This document shows, piece after piece, positions 53,175-63,780 of a DNA stretch of 64,000 nt. This DNA is from Victivallaceae bacterium (GTDB lineage Bacteria > Verrucomicrobiota > Lentisphaeria > Victivallales > Victivallaceae), in assembly GCA_045585955.1 (NCBI GenBank), contig JAZMZK010000018.1, positions 25,450 through 89,449 on the forward strand. The letters are read 5' to 3'. The notes below the pieces were generated by a model. It saw only the letters and a list, made by a program, of their open reading frames with translations. It ran no database searches and was not told the DNA's origin. Position 1 is the stretch's first letter; the number at the start of each line of letters is the position of its first letter. A program made the position numbers and the translations under genes.

Positions 53175-54392
53175 TCATTTCAACAATCCGGCAAGATAGC
53201 CGGAGCTGAATGCCCATTGTATGTTATACCCGCCGCAAGGGGCATCCACATCAATAAATTCGCCAGCTAAATAGAGGTTGGCGACTTCTCTGCTCTGCAT
53301 GGTTTTGCTGTTGATTTTACTACGGTCAACGCCGCCGGTGGATGCCATAGCTTTTTCCCAGCTTTCCACGCCGGAAACATTTATGGGGGTACTTGTCAGA
53401 TATTCCAGCAATCGCCCCTGAACCGCTTTGGAGAGATTTGCAGCAATCATATCCCCTGCCCCGGCAGCTTGAGTTATGGCGTTTGCCACAGCTTGGGGAA
53501 AATGTTGATTGAATAGATTACGGATAAGTTTTTTGCCGTTCTCTTTGCGGGCATTTTCCAAAAGGTTCAGCCAGTCGGATCGGCTTTGATCCGGGGCTGG
53601 ATTCAAGCGTAAAATCACCGTTTTTCCACTATAAAGAGCTTTAGCGACCCTGCCGGACATATCCAACGCTGCGGGGCCGGAAATACCATCACCGGTAAAG
53701 AGCAAAGTACCTTGGGTAAAGTTCTTTTTATCCCAAGTCAAAACAGTGTTATCCAAAACGATACCTGCTAAATCCTTCAGCCACAAATCATTGCTCTTTA
53801 TACCGCACAAAGCCGGAGTTCGCTCCACCATGGTTATATTGCAAGCAGACAAGATTTTATCCAAGCTCCCCCGTCCGCCCAAACCGGGAAAACCGGGGCC
53901 ACCGGCAGCAGCGATCAAAGAATCGCACTCAAAAAACTTTTCCCGGCTGTAAACACCTTTGATCAAACCTTCGGAGATTTTAATATCTGTTACCGGCGAA
54001 TCACAAAGCACCCTGCCCCCAGCAGCAGCAAGTCTGTCAAGCAATACCTGTAATATGTCGGAAGCCTTTTCGCTTGCCGGAAAACAGTAAAAATCATCCA
54101 CCAGTTTATGCGTCACGCCATATCTGGCAAAAAAATTCCGCACATCTTCCGGCGTAAAAGCCAATAAAGCGGGTTTGACAAATCTCCGCTGTTCCGGGGC
54201 GTAACGCTCCGCCATACTTTCGGCATCCAGCATATTGGTAAAGTTGCATTTACCGGCTCCGGAAGCTAAAAGTTTCCTTCCCATGCGAGGTAAATATTCC
54301 AACACCAGCACCTCCCGGCCTTGCCTTGCAGCTGAAATACCTGCCATCAAACCGGCGGGGCCGGAGCCGATAACTATAACCTTTTCCGCCAT
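53175..54392 (-). CDS. HI0933/BaiN-family flavoprotein (NAD(P)/FAD-dependent oxidoreductase)
   Basis: VIVIGSGPAGLMAG, SGAGKCNFTN, and a C-terminal GYNIQWAFSSG are present. Confidence 0.85.
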   Translation of the reverse strand: MAEKVIVIGSGPAGLMAGISAARQGREVLVLEYLPRMGRKLLASGAGKCNFTNMLDAESMAERYAPEQRRFVKPALLAFTPEDVRNFFARYGVTHKLVDDFYCFPASEKASDILQVLLDRLAAAGGRVLCDSPVTDIKISEGLIKGVYSREKFFECDSLIAAAGGPGFPGLGGRGSLDKILSACNITMVERTPALCGIKSNDLWLKDLAGIVLDNTVLTWDKKNFTQGTLLFTGDGISGPAALDMSGRVAKALYSGKTVILRLNPAPDQSRSDWLNLLENARKENGKKLIRNLFNQHFPQAVANAITQAAGAGDMIAANLSKAVQGRLLEYLTSTPINVSGVESWEKAMASTGGVDRSKINSKTMQSREVANLYLAGEFIDVDAPCGGYNIQWAFSSGYLAGLLK

Positions 54393-54395
54393 AGC

Positions 54396-55784
54396 TCAAT
54401 CTTCTTTTATAGGGTCGCCGCCGGCTGCATATTCATTCAACCGGCGGTGAAGAGTGCGGCGGCTGATGCCTAATATCTCCGCAGCTCTGGTGCGGTTGCC
54501 TTTAGCGGAAATCAACGCCTGTTCAATAAGTTTGCGTTCATTGCCGCCCAAGTCAAGTTTTACACTTTCTTCAGTTGCAGCAGATGGGTTGGCGAGCACA
54601 TGAACATTATCTTTATGATCCCTTATCTGCGGCGGCAGATCTGCTGTATCAAGGGTATCGCCTCTTGCCAGAACCACCATGCGTTCCACGGTGTTGCGCA
54701 GTTCACGGATATTGCCGGGGTAATCGTACTTTTCCAAAAGCTCCATCGCTTGAGGTGTAATCTGCAGCACGCTGCGATTGTTATCTTTGCAGACAATATC
54801 CACAAAGTGCTTCACCAGCAATGGTATATCTTCTTTGCGTTCCCGCAAGCCGGGGAGATTTATGGAAACTACATTCAACCGGTAATAAAGATCTTCCCGG
54901 AAAGTACCTTCGGCAACCATCTTTGCCAGATCCCGGTTGGTGGCAGCCACGATCCGGACATCGCTGGTCAGCGTTTCCGTACCGCCCAGCCGCTCAAAGG
55001 TGCGGCTTTCCAACACCCGCAGCAGCTTGACTTGAGTGGAGAGGTCGATTTCGCCGATCTCATCCAAAAAGAGCGTACCGCCGGAAGCCAGTTCAAAACG
55101 GCCTTTACGCATTTCATTTGCTCCGGTGTAAGCACCCTTTTCGTGGCCGAAGAGTTCGCTTTCAAGCAAAGTTGCCGGTAATGCCGCACAGTGAACGGCT
55201 ACAAATTTGCCGGTACGGAAACTTTCGTCGTGCAGCGCTTTGGCAATCACCTCTTTACCGGTACCGCTTTCGCCGGTAAGCAATACCGTGGCACGGCTGG
55301 GGGCAACCTGTTTGACCAGCTCCATAATAGACTGCATGACCGATGATTTGGCTATGATATTGGTAGATTTCTTTTCCTGTGAAAGTTTTTCTTTCAGCTC
55401 CCGGTTTTCGCTCTGGAGCTTTCTCGTAGCCAACGCCCGGTCGAGGATCAAGCTCAACTGCTCAAGATTCACCGGTTTCATAACAAAGTCAAAAGCGCCG
55501 CGTTTTACAGCTTCCACAGCATTTTCCACCGTGCCGTATGCCGAAAGGATTATGCACAAAGGTTGAGGAGCTTTTGCAAGCGAGGCTTCCAGAACCTTCA
55601 TGCCGTCAGTCCCCGGCATCCGCAAATCGGTCAAGATAAGGTCATAATCGTTGCCGGAAATAAGTTTGACCGCTTCGGCACCATCCCCGGCACCGGTAAC
55701 TTCAAAACGCCGTTTCAGAAAACGGCACATGGCATCGAGTGTGCTGCGTTCATCATCAACGATCAATATGCGATCTTTATCCAT
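54396..55784 (-). CDS. Sigma-54-dependent response regulator (NtrC family)
   Basis: It has a receiver domain (ILIVDDE...DLILTDLRMPG), an AAA+ sigma-54 interaction domain (GESGTGKE, ESELFGHEKGAYTGA), and a C-terminal Fis-type HTH. Confidence 0.93.
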   Translation of the reverse strand: MDKDRILIVDDERSTLDAMCRFLKRRFEVTGAGDGAEAVKLISGNDYDLILTDLRMPGTDGMKVLEASLAKAPQPLCIILSAYGTVENAVEAVKRGAFDFVMKPVNLEQLSLILDRALATRKLQSENRELKEKLSQEKKSTNIIAKSSVMQSIMELVKQVAPSRATVLLTGESGTGKEVIAKALHDESFRTGKFVAVHCAALPATLLESELFGHEKGAYTGANEMRKGRFELASGGTLFLDEIGEIDLSTQVKLLRVLESRTFERLGGTETLTSDVRIVAATNRDLAKMVAEGTFREDLYYRLNVVSINLPGLRERKEDIPLLVKHFVDIVCKDNNRSVLQITPQAMELLEKYDYPGNIRELRNTVERMVVLARGDTLDTADLPPQIRDHKDNVHVLANPSAATEESVKLDLGGNERKLIEQALISAKGNRTRAAEILGISRRTLHRRLNEYAAGGDPIKED

Positions 55785-55790
55785 AACACT

Positions 55791-56744
55791 TCAATCCTCA
55801 AAGTAATAACGCAAAAATAATTTAATATCTTCAAGCTGAGTCGTTCCACACTCCAATACAAAGTGCCCTACCCCGGCATTTTTGCACATCTGCACAACTT
55901 TTTTCAAATCGATCGCCGAATTGGGATATGTAAGCGGCAAATGCCCATCACCCCATTGATCGTGGGGCATATCAAAGGTATATTTACTGGCGTGTAAATG
56001 GATCATTTCCACACACTCTGACTCTAAAGCAGTGTTTAACTCTTCATAAAAATCCAGATCCAACATCTTGCTGGTTGCCCACATGTGCCCGGTATCAAAA
56101 CAAAGTTCATGCTTCAAATAAGCCATGTCCGAACCGCGAAGCATGCCGGAAGTTATTGCCGGAAAGTCATTTTCAATGCACCAATGATATTCGCCATATT
56201 CAAAACGCAATCTTTCCAGATTTTCTTTCAATCGTTCACGCCGCATCAGAAATTCATCGGTATTGGTAAAATCCCGGACAAAGTTTGATACCGGGGACCG
56301 CAGCAACTCGATTCGCCGGGAAGCATTCATGCAATCATAATAACTCTTCCCATGCCCGAAAGCACAAACATCTTTATCGGTCATCAAAAAACCGTGAAAA
56401 ACTGTGCGGCAGACGCTATACTGCTCCATAAGTTCATACTGTTCTTTAATGATATCCCAGCTTTTTGAAGTATCTTCTGCCGCAAAATTCAACATATATC
56501 TGCCTTGAACCGGCGAGTGGAACGAAAGCATAAAACCTGTATTGGCAGCCATTTCCAATTCTTTTTTTGAGGCTGAATTATGTACCTGTATACCAAAGCT
56601 GAAGCCATGTTGATCCAGCAAATCCCATGCATTGCCCAACCAACTTAAATCATTTTGATTAAAGATCGTTGAACTTAAATCGATCCGGGGGTATGATCTG
56701 GGGATCTTTTTGCGTACACGCTCGTTACCGGCAAATTTTATCAT
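55791..56744 (-). CDS. Xylose-isomerase-like TIM-barrel (sugar phosphate isomerase/epimerase family) protein
   Basis: The ATG at 56744 lies 2 nt after the kinase stop. Metal-ligand-like contexts are FHSPV, CFDTGHMW, IHLHAS and FVLECG. Confidence 0.6.
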   Translation of the reverse strand: MIKFAGNERVRKKIPRSYPRIDLSSTIFNQNDLSWLGNAWDLLDQHGFSFGIQVHNSASKKELEMAANTGFMLSFHSPVQGRYMLNFAAEDTSKSWDIIKEQYELMEQYSVCRTVFHGFLMTDKDVCAFGHGKSYYDCMNASRRIELLRSPVSNFVRDFTNTDEFLMRRERLKENLERLRFEYGEYHWCIENDFPAITSGMLRGSDMAYLKHELCFDTGHMWATSKMLDLDFYEELNTALESECVEMIHLHASKYTFDMPHDQWGDGHLPLTYPNSAIDLKKVVQMCKNAGVGHFVLECGTTQLEDIKLFLRYYFED

Positions 56745-56746
56745 GT

Positions 56747-57925
56747 TCAGCACTCCTCCCGGTCTGATTTTTCCGGCAGCATCCGCACCCGGCAATTTTC
56801 TCTGGGGAAACTTATGGTTATGGTCATGCCTTCATCGGGGGCAGTATCCAGCAGCAATTTGGCTCCGTGGGCCCGCACAACTCTTTCAATGATCATCATG
56901 CCCAAACCGTTGCCGCCTTTTTTGAAGCTGGCAAAAGGTTCAAACATCCGGCTCAATTCCTGCACATTTACTCCTTTGCCGCTGTCGGCAAAACCCAGAT
57001 TTACGGAGTTTTCGTCAATGGTGCCGGTTATGACCAGTTCACCGCCGGAGCTCATAGCTTGAGCGGCATTTTTTATTATGTTGTAAAATGCCTGTTTAAG
57101 CTGTTCGGCATCGCCGTGGATCATCTGCCATGTGTCAGGGAAATTACATTTCACAGTCAGCGACCGCAGCTCCAGCTCGTGATGCATAAACTTTAATGTA
57201 TCAAGCAAAAGTTCCCGCAGATCCACTTGCTGAAAATTCATCTGTGCCGGTCGAACCGCATTTAAAAACTGCCGGATGAGATTATCCAGCCGCTGGACTT
57301 CCCCCCGGCAGCAGGCCACAGTTTCCAGAGCTTCTTCCCGGTCAAAGGTGTTTTCTTCCTTGAGATCGTGCTCCAGAAGCTGTAAATTCAAATACAAACT
57401 GTTGAGCGGGTTGCCGATTTCGTGTGCCACGCTCCCGGCAAGCATTGCCACTACCCCGGCGGTGCGGCTTTCCAGCTCTTCATCGGCTTGCTTGCGCCGT
57501 TCGGTGACATCGTGGAGGATTATTGTAGCAAAGCGTTCGTTATCATCGTTTTGCGGAACAACATATACTTGCAGCCACCGCTGCTGCGGATAAGCTGTTT
57601 CGATCTCCTGCCGGGCAAGGCGGGTCCAGGCATCCACATCGCCGGCTAAAATCTTCCGCCAGTCCAGCTGGGGCAAAACTTTGATTATCTTGAGTTTGCG
57701 GTAATCATCCGGCAAGCCCAACAGCGTTTTTGCCGCATGGTTGAAATACTTTATGGACAGGTGTTTATCAATAACTAAAATACCTTCCTGCACCGCATTG
57801 AATACCGATTCAAAAAAGCCCCGTTCCCGGAAAAGATGCACAATATATGCCTGCAAACTGTTGGAGTCGATTGCGTCCAACCGCTCAATAAAACGGTCAA
57901 GAAAACTGGCTTTTTCCTGGGGCAT
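56747..57925 (-). CDS. Cytoplasmic PAS-domain sensor histidine kinase (NtrB-like)
   Basis: It has the H-box SVAHEIGNPLNSL, an N-box NIIKNAAQAM, a G-box GNGLGMMIIERVV, and no TM segments. Confidence 0.9.
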   Translation of the reverse strand: MPQEKASFLDRFIERLDAIDSNSLQAYIVHLFRERGFFESVFNAVQEGILVIDKHLSIKYFNHAAKTLLGLPDDYRKLKIIKVLPQLDWRKILAGDVDAWTRLARQEIETAYPQQRWLQVYVVPQNDDNERFATIILHDVTERRKQADEELESRTAGVVAMLAGSVAHEIGNPLNSLYLNLQLLEHDLKEENTFDREEALETVACCRGEVQRLDNLIRQFLNAVRPAQMNFQQVDLRELLLDTLKFMHHELELRSLTVKCNFPDTWQMIHGDAEQLKQAFYNIIKNAAQAMSSGGELVITGTIDENSVNLGFADSGKGVNVQELSRMFEPFASFKKGGNGLGMMIIERVVRAHGAKLLLDTAPDEGMTITISFPRENCRVRMLPEKSDREEC

Positions 57926-57931
57926 AAGGCT

Positions 57932-59107
57932 TTACCTCGCTGTATCCACCTCGTGGCGGAATTCTTCATTTGTAAAATAATCCAGAGCTATTTTTGCCAA
58001 AATCGCTGCGGCATTGGCGGTATTTTCCAAAGCTTTTTCCGAAGCCGCCGCCTCCCGGAAGGGTATGGAGTGCAGAGCCAGCGGTTCGCCGTGGGTCACA
58101 TCAAAGTAAATGTTCAAGCCGGGTACACAATCACAAACATTGGCAAAGTCAGTGGAGAGAGGTTCTTCGATCACTAAATCAGTCTTCAAACCCATATCCA
58201 TCATCATTTTTTCCGCAGTTGCCGCCAAAGCATTATTGGGTTTACCGGCGGTGTAGGCTGCATCGTGCCAGTGCATTTTATACTCGCACCCGGCAATCAA
58301 TGCGGCACCTTGAGCGATTTCTTCAAAGCGTTTTTCCATAAACTTCTGGAATTGGTTATTGTCGCTTCTTACATAAAACACCCCGGCAGTGTAGTCGGGT
58401 ATAACATTTGCCGCCGTGCCGCCGTTGGTGATTATGCCATGTACCCGGGCAGTTTTGGGCAGCTGCTGCCGCCATGCGTTGATGCCGTTCATAAAAATCG
58501 TCATGGCATCCAAAGCATTGATCCCCTGCTCCGGATTGGTGGAGGCGTGGGCGCTTTTGCCGAAAAACTCCAAATCGCCGTGAGTTACCGCCAATATATT
58601 GCGGGATACGCCGTTGCGGAAAAATGGATGGCTCAACAAGGCTATATTTACATGCTTAAACACATCTTTGCGGATCATGTAGACTTTGCCGCCCAGTTGC
58701 TCTTCTGCCGGGCAGCCGATCGCCTGCACCGTGCCGGGGATCTGGTACTTTTCCATAATATTGCGTACCGCAGTAAGTGCCAGCAGCCCTGCTCCCATGA
58801 TCAGCTGATGACCGCAAGCGTGATCCATGGGCGGCTGCAAGGCATCGTATTCAGTCAGCAATGCCGCATTGATCGTATTATCGCTTGCAACTGCCGAATA
58901 GTTGCCTTTGAACGCCGTAGCAATATCGGCAACGCCTTTTTCCACAGCAAAGCCCAGCTTTTCCAGATACTCAACTTGTTTGGCACAAGCCTTTTCTTCT
59001 TTGTAGCCGGTTTCCGGATTGTCGCCCACAAATTTGATAATGGGAGCGACCGCCGCCAAGGCTTCAAGCACCGAGGCTTTTACTTCTTCAAAAGCAATAT
59101 TCACCAT
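57932..59107 (-). CDS. M20-family amidohydrolase/peptidase
   Basis: HACGHQL, GCPAEE and the overall 391-aa M20D/AbgB-like layout are present. Confidence 0.8.
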   Translation of the reverse strand: MVNIAFEEVKASVLEALAAVAPIIKFVGDNPETGYKEEKACAKQVEYLEKLGFAVEKGVADIATAFKGNYSAVASDNTINAALLTEYDALQPPMDHACGHQLIMGAGLLALTAVRNIMEKYQIPGTVQAIGCPAEEQLGGKVYMIRKDVFKHVNIALLSHPFFRNGVSRNILAVTHGDLEFFGKSAHASTNPEQGINALDAMTIFMNGINAWRQQLPKTARVHGIITNGGTAANVIPDYTAGVFYVRSDNNQFQKFMEKRFEEIAQGAALIAGCEYKMHWHDAAYTAGKPNNALAATAEKMMMDMGLKTDLVIEEPLSTDFANVCDCVPGLNIYFDVTHGEPLALHSIPFREAAASEKALENTANAAAILAKIALDYFTNEEFRHEVDTAR

Positions 59108-59110
59108 AAA

Positions 59111-61717
59111 TCAAAATCCTAAATCGGGCTGAACGATCCCCAGATCGTTATCAGGTTTATCGTTATTTTCTACTTTTGGCTGCCGGACAACCGGTTTACG
59201 AACCACCTTGCGGGCTGTTTGGGAATTGCTGTCCAAGACCAGCACATCATCTTCCGCAGCCGGAGCATCTTCCGCTGCCGGTTCTTCGGCTTCAACTGCT
59301 GGAGTATCCTCGATCGTTTCTTCCGGCAGAACAACTTCCTTTTCAAGCGTTTCCGCCGCCGGAACATCTTCTGCAACAGCTTCAACTGTTTCAACTGCCG
59401 GAGCTTCAACTGCCGGAGTTTCAGCGGCCGGGTCTTCAGTCACAGTTACTTCATCGGCAGCAACTTCGGCATTATCAACTTTGAGAGCTTTTTCTTCAAC
59501 AGCCGCAGCAGCTTCGACTTTTTCCTCTGAAGCTTCAACTGCTGCCGGAGTTTCCGGAGTTTCAGCTTCCTCTTCCGCCGGAGCCTCCTGTGCGGCTGCG
59601 GCAAGAAATTCAGCCAATTCAGCTTCTTCCAGATAGCGGCTGTGAGTTATTTTAACAATATTCCCGGCAATCAAAAATCCTCTGGCCTTGGGCGAACGCA
59701 CCGGCAGCGTCATCAAATTGAGTTCTTCATGCTTGTTATCGCCCCGTTTGGCGGCGATCTCCAAATCGTAGATCGCGTCAGCTCTGGGAGTGAAAAGCTC
59801 CAGACGGCAGCCTTCGGGGCAAAGCATGTACTCTTTTTCTTTGATGAATTTATCAATAGTGGAGCGTTTGCCGTAGAATTTACCGGTTTTCTTTTCCGAA
59901 TAGATTATACCGAACTCCTGTTTGGCATCGTATTTGCGGAAATCGTACAATTTACCGGCGTGCATCTTGTCGGGTATATCGTAAATAATATATTTCCCGG
60001 AGCGTTCCACGCACAAAAGTTTATCGAACTCGTTGCACATGATCACATCGTCGCTCTTGATATTGGTACCGATATGGCCGTTTTTCCGATCCCAGAATAC
60101 TTTGATATTGTTCAACGCTGCCCGGGTGCGGTCGATCTTTTCGATCTGCTCGATCTCGGTGCGGCGGGGGAAGTTTTTGCCGTACCGCTCTTTGATGTCC
60201 TCAAGATAGCCGATGGTGTATTCCACAAGGTGTTTCAAATGGTGGCGGACTTCTTTCAAGCGGTCAAGGATCGCCCGGATCTCCTGCTGGTTCTTTTCAA
60301 TATCAAACCGGGCAATACGCCGCACCGGCAGAGCCAGAAGTTTATCAATATCTTCGTTAGTGACATCCCGCAAAAGCTGATCCCGGAACGGTGCCAGACC
60401 TTCCTGAACTTCCTTATATTCCTCTTCCTGCGAACGGCACTCTTCGATGCGTTTGTAAATGCGGTTTTCAAAGAAGAGCTGTGCCAGAGTTTTAGCGTGT
60501 TTGGCTTCCAGCAAACGCCCTTCTTCGATCTCAAACTCCCGCTTCAAGTAATCCAAAAGTTTGCTTACATTGCGTTTCAGCACATCTGATACACTCATCT
60601 GCACCGGGCGGCGGTCGCAAATCACCGTCATCTTGGGCGAGATACTGACCGAACAATCCGTATACATAAAGAGCCCTTCCCGGGTCTTTTCCGGGTCATA
60701 CCCTCGCATGGGGGTAACGCGGATCTCCACCTGGTCGGTAGTGTAATCCACCAGACCGCCGGCGGCAATACGGATCTTGTTTTTTTCGGCAGCCCGTTCA
60801 ATGGATGCCATCAAAGAAGCGGTGTTGGTAGTAGCGGGGATCTCCCGGATCACCAGTTCTCTGCCTTCAATATCTATTCTGGCACGCAAAGTTATCTTGC
60901 CGTTGCCGTCGTTGTATTCTCTTACATCCATCACCCCGCCCTGCTGAAAGTCAGGGAATATCTGAAACTCTTCGCCCCGCAAATGGGCGATCTCGGCATC
61001 AATAAGCTCGTTGAAGTTATGGGGCAATATAAGCGTACTCATCCCCACGGCAATACCGTCGGAACCCAGCATCAGCAAACTGGGAACTTTTGCCGGCAGC
61101 TGGGTGGGTTCCTTTTTGCGGCCGTCGTAGTTGGGTATGAAATTGGTTATGTCGTTGTTGAACATAGTTTCATACGCCAGTTTGCTCAAGGCACACTCGG
61201 TGTAACGCGCCGCAGCGGCGGGCGAACCGGTCAGGATATTACCGAAGTTACCTTCTTTATGGATAAAGTAAGGTGTATTCACATGCCGGAGCCGTTCAGT
61301 GCCGTCGCTGTCTATTTCCATACGCTCAATACAGCCGCCTTTGTTGGCAAGCACCACGATAGCGTCGCCAATGGAAGCATCGCCGTGAGGGTGATAGTGC
61401 ATGGTATTGCCGACAATGTTGGCGGTTTTGGTGGGGCGGCCGTTATCGTAATTCTGATAAAGGGTCCACAAAATTCGCCGCTGTACGGGTTTCAAACCAT
61501 CATCCACATCAGGTATGGCACGGGAACCTATGACATAACTTGCGTAATCCAGAAAGTTCCGATCCATCATCTGGCGGAAAAACTCGTTGCTGCCCCGCTT
61601 ACGCACCACACTTACAGCATCATCAACATCACTGTCGGCAGGAGTTTCCACATTCTCCACTGCCGGATTTTCCAAATCATTTTCTTCGGGCACGGGCAGA
61701 TTTTTCTCATCACTCAT
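59111..61717 (-). CDS. parC: Type IIA topoisomerase subunit A (topoisomerase IV ParC-like) with long acidic C-terminal tail
   Basis: GLKPVQRRILW and the catalytic Tyr context AAARYTECAL are present. The start overlaps the subunit B gene by 8 nt. The assignment as ParC rather than GyrA is tentative. Confidence 0.85.
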   Translation of the reverse strand: MSDEKNLPVPEENDLENPAVENVETPADSDVDDAVSVVRKRGSNEFFRQMMDRNFLDYASYVIGSRAIPDVDDGLKPVQRRILWTLYQNYDNGRPTKTANIVGNTMHYHPHGDASIGDAIVVLANKGGCIERMEIDSDGTERLRHVNTPYFIHKEGNFGNILTGSPAAAARYTECALSKLAYETMFNNDITNFIPNYDGRKKEPTQLPAKVPSLLMLGSDGIAVGMSTLILPHNFNELIDAEIAHLRGEEFQIFPDFQQGGVMDVREYNDGNGKITLRARIDIEGRELVIREIPATTNTASLMASIERAAEKNKIRIAAGGLVDYTTDQVEIRVTPMRGYDPEKTREGLFMYTDCSVSISPKMTVICDRRPVQMSVSDVLKRNVSKLLDYLKREFEIEEGRLLEAKHAKTLAQLFFENRIYKRIEECRSQEEEYKEVQEGLAPFRDQLLRDVTNEDIDKLLALPVRRIARFDIEKNQQEIRAILDRLKEVRHHLKHLVEYTIGYLEDIKERYGKNFPRRTEIEQIEKIDRTRAALNNIKVFWDRKNGHIGTNIKSDDVIMCNEFDKLLCVERSGKYIIYDIPDKMHAGKLYDFRKYDAKQEFGIIYSEKKTGKFYGKRSTIDKFIKEKEYMLCPEGCRLELFTPRADAIYDLEIAAKRGDNKHEELNLMTLPVRSPKARGFLIAGNIVKITHSRYLEEAELAEFLAAAAQEAPAEEEAETPETPAAVEASEEKVEAAAAVEEKALKVDNAEVAADEVTVTEDPAAETPAVEAPAVETVEAVAEDVPAAETLEKEVVLPEETIEDTPAVEAEEPAAEDAPAAEDDVLVLDSNSQTARKVVRKPVVRQPKVENNDKPDNDLGIVQPDLGF

Positions 61718-63569
61718 AGTCCGTTACCTCCAGATTGTTCATAATGTAGTTTTTGCGTTCCACGGAGTTTTCGCCCATGTAGAACTTGAGCATATCGTTT
61801 ACGCCGTGCATGTTATCCAATGTAACCGGCGACAAACGCATATCTTTGCCGATAAATACGCCAAAATCGTCCGGAGAAATTTCCCCCAACCCCTTGAAGC
61901 GGGTGATTTCGGCAGCTTTGCCCAGCTTGGCGACCGCTTTATCCCGCTCCGAATCGCTGTAACAGTAAATCGGTGCCGTCCCGGTTTTGCGAACCCGGTA
62001 GAGCGGAGTTTCCAGCACATACAAGTGCCCCGACAATACCAGCTGGTCAAAGAAACACAAAAAGAATGTGATCATCAAATTCCGGATATGAAGTCCATCC
62101 ACATCAGCATCGGTTGCCAGAATGATCTTATCGTAACGCAGAAACTCTGTGGAGTCTTCCACCCCCAGCGACTTCATAAGGAAAGTGAGTTCCTCATTTT
62201 TATAAATCATTTCAAAAGTTTCGCCGTAGGAGTTTTTGGGCTTGCCGCGCAATTCAAAAATCGCCTGACAATCCGGGTCGCGGCGTTTTTCCAAACTCCC
62301 GGCGGCGGACTGACCTTCGGTAAGGAAGATCATCGTTTCCTTGGGCTGAACGCCACGGGGCCACTTGGAGCCGATATGGTATTTGCAATCCTTGAGTTTG
62401 GGTATACGCAAAACGGTTTTCTGGGAAGTTTCTTTAGCACTCTTTTTGACTTCCTGAACCTTGCGCCGCACCTGTTCGTTGCGGGAAATTTTATCCAGCA
62501 ATATATCTTTGATTTCCACATTTTTCAAAAGATAATTGCAAATTTCGTCCTTGACCGTCTGCACGATGGGGCCCCTTACTTCGGTGCTGCCCAACTTGTT
62601 TTTGGTCTGGGATTCAAAAACCGGGTTCTGCATTTTTATAGCAATAGCTCCGGTGATACCATCGCGCACATCAGCTGCCTGATAGTTTTTGCCGGATATA
62701 TCGTTGATCGCCTTTAAAATGCCTTCGCAAAATGCCGACTGGTGAGTTCCGCCGTCGGTGGTGTGCTGACCGTTGACAAAAGAAAAATAGGTTTGACCGT
62801 ACTCGTCACTGTGGGTAAAGGCAAATTCCAGAGTTTTGCTTTTGTAGTGTATCACATCGTATATGGCGTTATCTTCCACTTCGCTGGTGAGCAGATCTTT
62901 CAACCCCTCTTTGCTGTAAAACCTCTGATCGTTGAGGTAAATGGAAAGCCCGGTATTCAAATACGCATACATCCAGAGCCGCTTTTCCACAAAACTCATG
63001 CGGTATCTGAACTCGTGAAAGATCTCCGGATCGGGGCGGAATACGATCAAAGTACCGTCCCGTTCTTCGGTATCGCCCTCCACATCACTATCGAGAATAC
63101 CCTGTTTGAAAGTTATTTCCCGGTAATGGCCGGAGCGGATACTGCGGGCAATAAAAGTTTCCGAAAGAAAGTTCACCGCCTTAACGCCCACACCATTCAT
63201 CCCCACCGAAAACTGAAAGGCATCTGTATCGTACTTGCCGCCGGTGTTGATATCCGAAACGCACTCCACAAGTTTGCCCTGGGGTATACCACGGCCGTAG
63301 TCCCGCACCGAAACGGTGTTATCTTCAGTAATAGTTATATCCAAACGCCTGCCGAAGTTCATAATAAACTCGTCGACACCGTTATCCACCACTTCTTTCA
63401 GCAAAACATATATCCCGTCATCCGGGTGCGAACCATCCCCTGCCCGGCCGATATACATCCCCAAACGGGCACGCACATGATCCCGGGCATCAAGGTGCTT
63501 GATATGACTTTCGTCATAGTTGACCGCACCACTTGCCGGTGTATTCAAATTTTCCAAATCTTCCGCCAT
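61710..63569 (-). CDS. parE: Type IIA topoisomerase subunit B (ParE-like, short form)
   Basis: It has the GHKL ATPase N-terminus (RARLGMYIG, EVVDNGVDE), the Toprim motif LTEGQSAAGS, and DADVDGLHI. The 619-aa length lacks the long GyrB insertion. Confidence 0.88.
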   Translation of the reverse strand: MAEDLENLNTPASGAVNYDESHIKHLDARDHVRARLGMYIGRAGDGSHPDDGIYVLLKEVVDNGVDEFIMNFGRRLDITITEDNTVSVRDYGRGIPQGKLVECVSDINTGGKYDTDAFQFSVGMNGVGVKAVNFLSETFIARSIRSGHYREITFKQGILDSDVEGDTEERDGTLIVFRPDPEIFHEFRYRMSFVEKRLWMYAYLNTGLSIYLNDQRFYSKEGLKDLLTSEVEDNAIYDVIHYKSKTLEFAFTHSDEYGQTYFSFVNGQHTTDGGTHQSAFCEGILKAINDISGKNYQAADVRDGITGAIAIKMQNPVFESQTKNKLGSTEVRGPIVQTVKDEICNYLLKNVEIKDILLDKISRNEQVRRKVQEVKKSAKETSQKTVLRIPKLKDCKYHIGSKWPRGVQPKETMIFLTEGQSAAGSLEKRRDPDCQAIFELRGKPKNSYGETFEMIYKNEELTFLMKSLGVEDSTEFLRYDKIILATDADVDGLHIRNLMITFFLCFFDQLVLSGHLYVLETPLYRVRKTGTAPIYCYSDSERDKAVAKLGKAAEITRFKGLGEISPDDFGVFIGKDMRLSPVTLDNMHGVNDMLKFYMGENSVERKNYIMNNLEVTDYE

Positions 63570-63780
63570 AAAATTCCTGTTCCAACTTCCGGAAAAACAC
63601 TTTCCGGCAACAATATAAGTATAACTGAACTAATTTAACTCAAAAGTGCAAAATTTCAAGTCTGGAACCGGTTTTTTCAGCAAAAACAATCGAAAAAAGT
63701 TTATATACATCACCCCGTTGCGGGATGATGCTTTGATTCTGTTTTGTTCAATGCAAAAACAACACAAGTTTACCGGTGGG

